A stretch of DNA of 26,680 bases from a virus. Its lineage: Duplodnaviria > Heunggongvirae > Uroviricota > Caudoviricetes. Both the position numbers and the translations under genes were made by a program. The notes under the pieces were generated by a model, which ran no database searches, was not told the origin of the DNA, and saw only the letters and a list, made by a program, of their open reading frames with translations. Positions within the stretch are counted from its first letter, which is position 1. Each line of letters begins with the position of its first letter. Where the stretch lies: positions 1 through 26,680 of IMG/VR virus record IMGVR_UViG_3300029841_000117, one strand, 5' to 3'. This document shows, piece by piece, positions 17,734 through 24,551 of the stretch.

Positions 17734-18801
17734 CTAAGCGGCCTCCATAATTGAGGCTCTAACGCTGAACCGTCTGGATTCGGATACTGTAACAAACTGC
17801 TCGTAAATATCCGGATGCTCCAGTTTCAACCGAAGCAGGTTATCCTTGTCGATGATGGACTTGCGAACAGGGGTATAGGTAACCGTATAGTTCACGCCCT
17901 CCTGCTCACAGATCGCAGTACAGCTGGTACCCATTTCCGCAATCAACAGGGCCTTCAGACGCTGAATATCCTTGTCGATTTCTTTGGAGTACACCTCTGC
18001 ATTTTTCTTTTCATCCAGAAGACGCAAATACTGCATGAGTTTTGCAGTCATATCCAGGTCGAGTGCAACGGCCGGAGCATTTTTATCTGCCGGACCAAAG
18101 TGTTTGCGTGCGCTCTCAATGATCAAGGCCCCACTTTCTGTATAGGGCGGCGGCACATGGCGCTGCACATGGTTTTCCCAGAAATACTGCTCCAAAAAGA
18201 CCATCTCAGCCTCGTACTCGAAATCACGTTTGACCTCCCGGATAATAACTTCTTCCTCGTTGTTACCATACAGGCAGCAAAAGAAACATCGGTCAAGATC
18301 CGTTACCGCCATATAATGACGCCCCTGAGATTCATAGTAGACTGGAACCGTCTCCTTCCCATTCATCCACCAGTTATCTCTGGCATTATAGTTTGTGGTC
18401 TTGATCTCAAGGATTGCTGTGGTGCCATCCGGCAGTTCCACAAAGTAGTCCACATCAGCCAGCATCCAAGGATACTGTGGGTGCTGGAACATCTTTTTGA
18501 TCTGGTAGACCCGATATCCAGTTTTCCGCTCGAATATCTTTGCTACCAGAGGCTCCAGCAAATGCCCCATTTCCATGGCAACCCAGTTGCCCTCATCATC
18601 TTCCACTGACGCTATGTTCAGTTTGTCGTAGTACAGATCCCTGGCTGTCCGGAATGGAGAAGTGCCAAAAATCGCCGATACATCGCTGCCGCCGATTCCA
18701 CGGCGCCGGTAATCCAGCCAGTCTTCTTCTGAAAGATCTGCCGTTTCTACCAGCACCAGCGGTTCATACCGCTTTCGTTCAGCACTATTGCTGCCAGACA
18801 T
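17734..18801 (-). CDS. YqaJ-family viral recombinase / lambda-exonuclease-like nuclease
   Basis: WLDYRRRGIGGSD, GHLLEP, ADVD, ILEIKT and Q..HYMAV motifs. Confidence 0.92.
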   Translation of the reverse strand: MSGSNSAERKRYEPLVLVETADLSEEDWLDYRRRGIGGSDVSAIFGTSPFRTARDLYYDKLNIASVEDDEGNWVAMEMGHLLEPLVAKIFERKTGYRVYQIKKMFQHPQYPWMLADVDYFVELPDGTTAILEIKTTNYNARDNWWMNGKETVPVYYESQGRHYMAVTDLDRCFFCCLYGNNEEEVIIREVKRDFEYEAEMVFLEQYFWENHVQRHVPPPYTESGALIIESARKHFGPADKNAPAVALDLDMTAKLMQYLRLLDEKKNAEVYSKEIDKDIQRLKALLIAEMGTSCTAICEQEGVNYTVTYTPVRKSIIDKDNLLRLKLEHPDIYEQFVTVSESRRFSVRASIMEAA

Positions 18802-18802
18802 A

Positions 18803-18973
18803 TCAAATCCCCCTTCGTGATCTTCGGGGCAAAATAACCGCCCTCGTCATTGGTGCAACATTTCGTAGCCGGAGCGAAGATACTGCCTGTCTCTTCATCT
18901 TCCAGTCCGTGGAGTGTGCCGACTTGACCCGCCGACCATTCTGCTTTCTTTTCTGCTTCACATTCATGTACAT
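18803..18973 (-). CDS. Small Arg/Lys-rich protein (56 aa), first gene of the operon
   Basis: Below the ORF-track cutoff. MYMNVKQKRKQNGRRVKSAHSTDWKMKRQAVSSLRLRNVAPMTRAVILPRRSRRGI*; RBS-like AAAGGCAGG; stop is 1 nt before the yqaJ ATG. Confidence 0.6.
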   Translation of the reverse strand: MYMNVKQKRKQNGRRVKSAHSTDWKMKRQAVSSLRLRNVAPMTRAVILPRRSRRGI

Positions 18974-19005
18974 GACCTGCCTTTCTCAGTTTTGATTTAT
19001 CCTTA

Positions 19006-19275
19006 AAGCCCTTTCAGGCTTACAGGCAATAAAAAAGCGAGAATGACAGACGGCATAAAGCCTGGTGTCCATAGTTGCCTATGAACCGGTGTCATTCTCG
19101 CAATGGTGGGTAAATCCCGTAAAATAAAAAAGCCAGTAATATACCGGCCTGAAAAGGCGCAGTGATACTACTGACACAAGTACAAACTTAACAGCGTGTG
19201 CAATGCAGTCATTACTCCGCAACACAAGCCCTAAAGCCTGTGTACCCTGACGGGCAACGCACAAAAATCAATTAC
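19006..19275 (-). ncRNA. Structured 5' leader (cis-regulatory RNA candidate) with tandem terminator-like stems
   Basis: Folded by hand: four-way junction 19197-19263, long hairpin plus U6 19132-19175, three-way junction plus U6 19037-19101, GAAA hairpin 19006-19021. Confidence 0.6.
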
Positions 19276-19281
19276 ATTGCA

Positions 19282-19310
19282 ATTTTAACACAATATATAG
19301 TGTTTGTCAA
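19282..19310 (-). promoter_or_regulatory. Near-consensus extended -10 sigma-A promoter of the long operon
   Basis: TTGACA (19310-19305), 17 nt, TAAAAT (19287-19282) preceded by TG-n. Confidence 0.85.
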
Positions 19311-19333
19311 TTCCAACATTCTATATATTGATT
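19288..19333. promoter_or_regulatory. Tandem NrdR-type boxes
   Basis: ACACAATATATAGTGT (19288-19303) matches the NrdR consensus acaCwAtATaTwGtgt at all positions. A second core, attCTATATATTGatt (19318-19333), lies 30 bp away. Confidence 0.7.
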
Positions 19334-19714
19334 TTTGGATTTTCTTTAAATTTTCTTTCCTCTTTGCAGAAGTTCTTTCTTCCCAGCCTATTTATAGGAT
19401 GTATCGGATCATTTGGTAATACCGGATGATCCCTACGCTCTTTTAGTACCTTGACAAGTTCATAACCTCTATGGGGAGTTATACAGGAATTCTGGACAGT
19501 GTGCGATGACCACAGAAGCGCGCCCATAATCGAAATGCTGCACAGCAGCAGCCTGAAATACACGGCAGAACCGTTCTGGCGTAGGAAATGGCCCCATTAG
19601 AGTTCTTTTGTTTTTCAATACCTCCTGACCTCAAGACCGTTTTCATTGTTTTTGTTGAAAACCTTCTTCTACAAATCGTAAGGGATCATTGTAATCGAAA
19701 AAAGGAGGACGATT

Positions 19715-19915
19715 ATGGAGAAAAGAAAACCGAATGACCTACCGCCGGAGCAGTGCTTGGCTGTTGATACCGATACCCTTTGCAAACTGTTGTGCTGTGG
19801 AAGACACACTGCGGTACAGATTGGGGATCTTGCCAATGCACGCATTACCATGAACACCCGTGTCCTATGGAGTGTCCAGCGTATCAAAGAATATCTTTAT
19901 GATATTTCCGGCTAA
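19715..19915 (+). CDS. Putative excisionase / recombination directionality factor (66 aa)
   Basis: RBS AAGGAGG; small wHTH-like protein (LCKLLCCGRHTA...ARI....RVLW....IKEYL) directly upstream of the integrase. Confidence 0.7.
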   Translation: MEKRKPNDLPPEQCLAVDTDTLCKLLCCGRHTAVQIGDLANARITMNTRVLWSVQRIKEYLYDISG

Positions 19916-19967
19916 ATAACCATGCCAGTAAGGCGCACTACACTTTTATAATCAGGAGGTACCAGTA

Positions 19968-21200
19968 ATGGCAAAAGTGAGAAAAGACAACAAAGGACGA
20001 AATCTTCGGCCCGGAGAAACACAACGGGCAGATGGCAGCTATATGTATGTCTACAAATTAGGCACTAAAAAGAAATATCTTTACGACTCCGATCTCGCAA
20101 GTCTTCGTGTCAAAGAAAAGCAGATCAACAAAGATAAGGATGATGGCATCCGTACTCAGGAAGCCATGAAGCTTACCCTGAATGATATGTTCAAGGTCTA
20201 CATGAATAACAACATCAAACTGAAGCCCTCTACCAGAGCAAATTATCTTTACCTGTGGGACTTCTATGTGAAAGAAGAGCCTTTCGCTAACATGCCTCTG
20301 CCACAAATCCACAGAAGTGATATTCTCGCGTTTTATACCAAACTGCTGAAACACGGTTTTGCTATCAACTCACTGGAGAGCATCAACACCATTGTTCACC
20401 CTACGCTTGAAATGGCCGTGGACGACGATTACATCCGCAAAAATCCCAGCAAGGGCATTTACCGCAAGCTCAAGACGGATGGCAGCGCTCCAAAGCCTAA
20501 ACGGCGGATCGCACTCACTAAAACGCAACAGCAGAATTTCCTGCGTTTTATTGCCAAGTCCCCTACATACAGCCATTGGCTCCCCATCATGACTGTGCTC
20601 CTTGGAACAGGAATGCGTGTAGCAGAATGTACCGGCATTACCAAAAGCGATATTAACTTGAGCGAAAACACAATCTCGGTCAACCACAACTTAATCTACC
20701 GGGTCATTGACGGAAAAGCCGGATTTCACATTACCACTCCCAAAACTGAGAGCGGTACACGAATTATCCCTATCCTCTATCCAGAGGTGGCCGAGCAGCT
20801 TCGCCTCCAGATTGAAACCATCGACGCATTGTATCCAGACGATCAACTGGTGTTAGGAGGAGTTCACGGTTTTGTTTTCCGCAACCGAACCGGCTCATTC
20901 ATGAGCGCCCACAATATCAATCGGGCGATTGAGAGAATCAGCGTAACTTACAACATGGAGGAAATGGATCAGGCTGAACTGGAAGACCGTGAACCGGATC
21001 TGCTCCCTCATTTTAGTGTTCACAACTTGCGGCACACCTTCTGTACCCGGCTCTGCGAAAGCACCAACGATGTTAAATTCATTCAGCAAGTCATGGGGCA
21101 TGCCGATTTCTCTACTACAATGGACATCTACACCCATATCACACAAGAGAATATGCAGGAGAAGGCAAAAAACATTAGTGTGAACATGAAGCTGATGTAA
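19968..21200 (+). CDS. int: Tyrosine recombinase/integrase (Tn916-like N-terminal arm-binding domain)
   Basis: RKDNKGRNL N-terminus; catalytic GMRVAE, TPKT, HNLRHTF, MGH and IYTH; RBS AGGAGG. Confidence 0.95.
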   Translation: MAKVRKDNKGRNLRPGETQRADGSYMYVYKLGTKKKYLYDSDLASLRVKEKQINKDKDDGIRTQEAMKLTLNDMFKVYMNNNIKLKPSTRANYLYLWDFYVKEEPFANMPLPQIHRSDILAFYTKLLKHGFAINSLESINTIVHPTLEMAVDDDYIRKNPSKGIYRKLKTDGSAPKPKRRIALTKTQQQNFLRFIAKSPTYSHWLPIMTVLLGTGMRVAECTGITKSDINLSENTISVNHNLIYRVIDGKAGFHITTPKTESGTRIIPILYPEVAEQLRLQIETIDALYPDDQLVLGGVHGFVFRNRTGSFMSAHNINRAIERISVTYNMEEMDQAELEDREPDLLPHFSVHNLRHTFCTRLCESTNDVKFIQQVMGHADFSTTMDIYTHITQENMQEKAKNISVNMKLM

Positions 21201-21242
21201 AAAGAAAGGCGAATCTGCATTTTATAAGCAGATCCGCCTTTC
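21199..21242 (-). terminator. Terminator between the convergent int and lysS fragment, oriented for the lysS strand
   Basis: GAAAGGCGGATCTGC-TTATAAAAT-GCAGATTCGCCTTTC followed by TTTTT on the minus strand; may be bidirectional. Confidence 0.75.
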
Positions 21243-21276
21243 ATATTGCTTCATCCGGTTTCGTAGGGTCTCGCGC

Positions 21277-21319
21277 AAAAGTTGTAGAAAAGTTGTAGTA
21301 ACGCGATTTTTTGTAGTAA
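21277..21319 (+). repeat. Arm-type integrase-binding repeats of the left element
   Basis: AAAAGTTGTAG twice in tandem (21277-21298) and TTGTAGTAA at 21293 and 21311, just downstream of int. Confidence 0.65.
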
Positions 21320-21328
21320 ATGACCTCT

Positions 21329-21814
21329 TTAGTACAGCTTTGCTCCTGCCGGAATACTGTCATCCAGCATCAAAAGATTTAAGCCTTCCCGTCCGTCATA
21401 CTCGTACACTGCGGAAATCAGCATACCCTCGGAATCAATACCCATCATCTTTCTCGGCGGCAGGTTTGTGATTGCCACACAGGTCTTACCAACCAGCTCT
21501 TCCGGCTCGTAATACTCGTGAATACCGCTTAAAATGGTGCGTTTCCGGTCTGTTCCGTCATTCAGTGTGAATTTCAGGAGCTTCTTGGACTTCGGCACTG
21601 CCTCACAGGCTTCGATCTTAACCACTCTGAAATCAGACTTGCTGAATGTCTCAAAGTCTACATCATCTGCAAACAAAGGCTCGATTTTCACCTTGGAAAG
21701 ATCAATCTGTACGCTTGGCGCGGACACGGTTGCAGCCTCTGCAGAACCATTTACCGCTGCTTTTTCGGCTTTGTTTTCAGCCCGCTTTGGTTCCAGGGTC
21801 TTCATTGTCGGGAA
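21329..21814 (-). pseudogene. lysS: 3' fragment of lysyl-tRNA synthetase: FPTMK motif, linker and tRNA-binding OB (Trbp111/MetG-C-like) domain
   Basis: FPTMK is the end of the LysRS motif-3 region (IRDVxLFPTMK), but the sequence upstream of F is unrelated. It is followed by an Ala-rich linker and DFETFSKSDFRVVK...SKKLL...RTILSGI...NLPPRKMMGIDSEGML...PAGAKLY. Confidence 0.75.
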
Positions 21815-21816
21815 TA
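21799..21816. other. Putative att core of the right element inside lysS
   Basis: TCTTC-ATTGTCGG-GAATA, an imperfect inverted repeat around an 8-bp spacer, exactly where lysS similarity begins. Confidence 0.6.
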
Positions 21817-21831
21817 TTATCTCGGTATCAT

Positions 21832-21953
21832 CGTAACTTCTCATAAGTTCTTATAACCCTTGTGTCACAACGTTTTGAGGACTTTTACAATAACGTAAGT
21901 TCTCATAAATTCTTATAACTTTTCGGTCAATTGGTGTCAAAACTGGTGTCAAA
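21832..21953 (+). repeat. att-arm repeats of the right element (putative Xis and Int sites)
   Basis: 26-nt direct repeat CGTAA(C/G)TTCTCATAA(G/A)TTCTTATAAC at 21832-21857 and 21894-21919 (24/26 identical); TGGTGTCAAA at 21932-21941 and 21944-21953. Confidence 0.75.
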
Positions 21954-21959
21954 CCCAGC

Positions 21960-23228
21960 TTAGGACACTCTGATTTTTCCTTCAAGATTTGCGAAGCTGG
22001 ACATCTTCTTTTCCTTGGTCGCTTCGTTGTAGACATCCATCGTTGTCTCGATGTTTCGATGTCCCATAATCTCTTGGATTACCTTTAGGTTTGTTTCGTT
22101 CTCGCAAAGGCGAGTACAGAATGTGTGTCTGAGATTGTGTGCGCTGAAGTGTGGAAGTAAAACTGGTTCTCGGTGTTCTTGCTCTGCACGCTCTGTTTCC
22201 TCGGCATTGCAGTCACGAATAATTCTCTCAAGCGCTCTATTGATGACGTGTGGATTTAGCATCTCTCCGAACCGGTTCTTAAAAATGAAGTTCGTGTATC
22301 CATCAACCTCGCACTCGTTGAAGCCTTCCTCCATATGTTTCAATCGAATCTGGAGTAAAGCTGCTCGCACGTCAGAAAACATTGGAATGATTCGCGTGCC
22401 AGCCCGTGTCTTCGGAGTAGTGATGTGGAGCTCCATCTTCCCGCTTTCTTGTTGACGATATATCAAATTATGGTTAATGTCAATAATATTTTGCGTGAAG
22501 TCGCAATCTTCCCATCTCAATCCGAGGATTTCTCCTATGCGTGCGCCTGTCCCAAGCATGACCGTAAACAGCGGCATCCAGTGTTTGTACGTTTTCGAAC
22601 TGGAAACAAAATCGAGGAACCTATTTTGCTGTGTCTCTGTCAACGCATGACGCTTTGGTTTCTCCCAGTTATGGCTCTTCTTGATTTCTGCAATCACACC
22701 GTCGGTAGGATTTGTTCTTATGAACCCATCCCTCACTGCTACATTAAAGACCGGATGAAGAATCGTATGAATTATCTCCATACTGTTCGGCTTAAATCCA
22801 ATATCTTTAATGAGGTGGATGTAGAACCGCTTGATATCGCTATACTTGATGTCGGCAATGTTCTTCGCGCCTATTTCGTCCTGTACATACTTCCTGTACA
22901 TATACTTATAGTTGGTTCTTGTAGATGCTTTAAGCTCGTACTTAGTTTCAATGTAGGCGTCATAAAAGCTGTTCAGCGTCATCCTGTACGCCGTATGGGA
23001 GCTGATACCGTCATCAATATCCCTTTGGATTCGTTTTATCTGAGTCCTTAATGGTTCTGTGCTACGCTTACCATCAGGCGCTTTATCTGACTCTACAAGC
23101 TTCCAGCTATAAATCGCTCGGCGTACTCCACCAGAATCAGTATAGCGGTACATATACTTCCCGTCGCTTCTCTGCACCTCACCTTCTCTCAGAACTCTGC
23201 CTTTGTTGTCTTTTCTTTTTTCAGGCAT
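21960..23228 (-). CDS. int: Tyrosine recombinase/integrase (Tn916-like)
   Basis: RKDNKGRVL..GE.QR.DG.YMYRY N-terminus; GARIGE, TPKT, HNLRHTF, MGH and VY catalytic motifs; RBS AAGGAG. Confidence 0.95.
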   Translation of the reverse strand: MPEKRKDNKGRVLREGEVQRSDGKYMYRYTDSGGVRRAIYSWKLVESDKAPDGKRSTEPLRTQIKRIQRDIDDGISSHTAYRMTLNSFYDAYIETKYELKASTRTNYKYMYRKYVQDEIGAKNIADIKYSDIKRFYIHLIKDIGFKPNSMEIIHTILHPVFNVAVRDGFIRTNPTDGVIAEIKKSHNWEKPKRHALTETQQNRFLDFVSSSKTYKHWMPLFTVMLGTGARIGEILGLRWEDCDFTQNIIDINHNLIYRQQESGKMELHITTPKTRAGTRIIPMFSDVRAALLQIRLKHMEEGFNECEVDGYTNFIFKNRFGEMLNPHVINRALERIIRDCNAEETERAEQEHREPVLLPHFSAHNLRHTFCTRLCENETNLKVIQEIMGHRNIETTMDVYNEATKEKKMSSFANLEGKIRVS

Positions 23229-23272
23229 GGCTACTCCTTTTGTCTGAAAATGAATATCAACATGGCATTCTC

Positions 23273-23301
23273 AATATACCATAGTCTGGATTCACTTTCA
23301 A
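23273..23301 (-). promoter_or_regulatory. Sigma-A promoter for int, embedded in an inverted repeat
   Basis: TTGAAA (23301-23296), 17 nt, TG-n-TATATT (23278-23273); inverted repeat TGAAAATGAAT (23245-23255) / ATTCACTTTCA (23290-23300). Confidence 0.6.
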
Positions 23302-23309
23302 GTTAGATG

Positions 23310-23513
23310 TCATATAAGGTTGAGTTGGTCAACAAATCGCTCGAATTTTGTACGTTTAATCTGTGGGCGTGTGCCATTCCAAAGAACAAAATCAGCGTCT
23401 TTATTTTCGCTGACAATCTTACGCAGCTTAGTTTCTCCGATGCGGAAGTATTGCGATGCCTCCTGAATTGTCAGTGTGTACCTTTCCCAAAATGGGATTT
23501 GCATGGTGTTAAT
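23310..23513 (-). CDS. xis: Tn916-type excisionase
   Basis: [26 protein letters not shown]...NG.R.QIKR..FE closely matches Tn916 Xis. Start is ATT 23513 (7 nt after GGAGG) or ATG 23504. Confidence 0.9.
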   Translation of the reverse strand: MNTMQIPFWERYTLTIQEASQYFRIGETKLRKIVSENKDADFVLWNGTRPQIKRTKFERFVDQLNLI

Positions 23514-23544
23514 AATCTCGCCTCCTCGTGCGCTGCGCGTATGT

Positions 23545-23576
23545 AAAAAAGAAAGGGCTGGCAGTGAAGCCAGCCC
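23545..23576 (-). terminator. Intrinsic terminator of the nrdD-dut gene cluster
   Basis: GGGCTGGC-TTCACT-GCCAGCCC followed by TTTCTTTTTT. Confidence 0.8.
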
Positions 23577-23604
23577 CATGTCTACCTTTTGAGTAATAAG
23601 GAAC

Positions 23605-23778
23605 CTAATCAACGATACTGATTACTATGTAAGCAATGACTACGATAATAACCGGAATCCAGACAGGCGCAAGTACCCACCACCAGCTCCAGTCAATCAC
23701 GCCAATCAGCTTTAGAACGATAAAAACTACGGCGAGTACATCGCACAATCCAAGACCTTTCGAAGATGAGTCTTTCAT
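23605..23778 (-). CDS. Small phage-type membrane protein (57 aa)
   Basis: Not in the ORF track. [57 protein letters not shown]; two hydrophobic segments and an [13 protein letters not shown] motif common in phages; RBS GAGG. Confidence 0.8.
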   Translation of the reverse strand: MKDSSSKGLGLCDVLAVVFIVLKLIGVIDWSWWWVLAPVWIPVIIVVIAYIVISIVD

Positions 23779-23790
23779 GTGTGGTTCCTC

Positions 23791-24327
23791 TTACGCCTTG
23801 CTGTCCGTGGAGCCCATACCGCCGTTTCTGACGCCGGTTGCATCATCGGAGTATGTAATCCCATACGGAATGAAGATTGCCTGCATAAAGCCGTTACCGG
23901 CTTCAACGTGCACAATCTTTTGACTCTTGCTGTCGTTTGTAATCTTGGCGAAGATGTGCCCCTCGTTGTCGGAGAAGTAATAATCGCTGTCGATAACGCC
24001 CATCGTATTGTCAAACTGCATACGGAACTTGAAGCCCAGACCACTACGCGGCAGGCAACCGAGCCACCAGCCCTCGTCAATCTTCACTCTGATACCGGTG
24101 GGAATCTTCATTGTTTCGCCGGGGCGCATCTCAAATGTAAATGGTGCCTTAAAGTCATAACCGGCGGAGCCAGTCGTTGCTCTGCTGGGGAGCGCAATTT
24201 CCTCCCACATCTTTTTAAGGTCATCTTCGATGGCAGGCGGCAATTCCTGCCCCCTATAGAATTCATCTTTCATCGCGTCACGGAACTGTTCAAAGCTGAC
24301 CTTTTCAAATTCTCCAACTCTCTGCAT
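23791..24327 (-). CDS. dut: Trimeric dUTP diphosphatase (178 aa)
   Basis: Start moved to ATG 24327 (RBS AAGGAGG); motifs SAGYDF, PRSG, GVIDSDY, MQ and RNGGMGST. Confidence 0.93.
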   Translation of the reverse strand: MQRVGEFEKVSFEQFRDAMKDEFYRGQELPPAIEDDLKKMWEEIALPSRATTGSAGYDFKAPFTFEMRPGETMKIPTGIRVKIDEGWWLGCLPRSGLGFKFRMQFDNTMGVIDSDYYFSDNEGHIFAKITNDSKSQKIVHVEAGNGFMQAIFIPYGITYSDDATGVRNGGMGSTDSKA

Positions 24328-24337
24328 TGTGTCCTCC

Positions 24338-24523
24338 TTAGCTATTTGTTTTGCAAGTGCAAGATGGCTCACCCCACCAAGGCTTAACCGTTTCTTGGTA
24401 GGTTTGGAATGGTGGAAAATACATGGTATCGTCATCCTCGGTCGTTTCAGTGACCGTTTCTCTCACGACTTTTCCGTCCGCATCGTACTCGCGGACAGTT
24501 TCTTTGATTGTGCGTTTAATCAT
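24338..24523 (-). CDS. Hypothetical protein (61 aa)
   Basis: RBS AAGGAGG; in operon orientation. Confidence 0.7.
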   Translation of the reverse strand: MIKRTIKETVREYDADGKVVRETVTETTEDDDTMYFPPFQTYQETVKPWWGEPSCTCKTNS

Positions 24524-24551
24524 ATGTCCTCCTTATTTTCGTTTGGACGTT

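Larger units (their letters stand above)
1..21330. mobile_element. Left integrative element (ICE- or prophage-like); extends beyond the left window edge, right end near the lysS 3' end
   Basis: Xis-like and tyrosine integrase genes at its right end, arm-type repeats at 21277-21319, and typical mobile-element genes (YqaJ, RecD2, primase, PcfK/PcfJ). No conjugation or virion genes are in the window, so the element class is undetermined. Confidence 0.8.

Noticed and set aside
12226..18609. Other long + strand ORFs (342, 290 and 264 aa and others)
   Set aside because: Antisense shadows of well-supported minus-strand genes.
19197..19263. Cloverleaf as a tRNA gene
   Set aside because: No T-loop GTTC motif, no D-loop GG, no 7-nt anticodon loop and no CCA; treated as part of the leader.
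19566..19578. LexA/SOS box
   Set aside because: GAAC and GTTC are separated by 1 nt, not the 4 nt of the Firmicute GAAC-N4-GTTC box.
21329..21844. Annotation as metG C-terminus or an intact stand-alone tRNA-binding gene
   Set aside because: The domain is MetG-C-like, but it is preceded by the LysRS FPTMK motif and sits at an att-like junction, so a lysS 3' fragment fits better.
21832..21919. Mini CRISPR array (26-nt repeats around a 36-nt spacer)
   Set aside because: Only two copies, internally periodic and non-palindromic, no cas genes, and located in an att arm.
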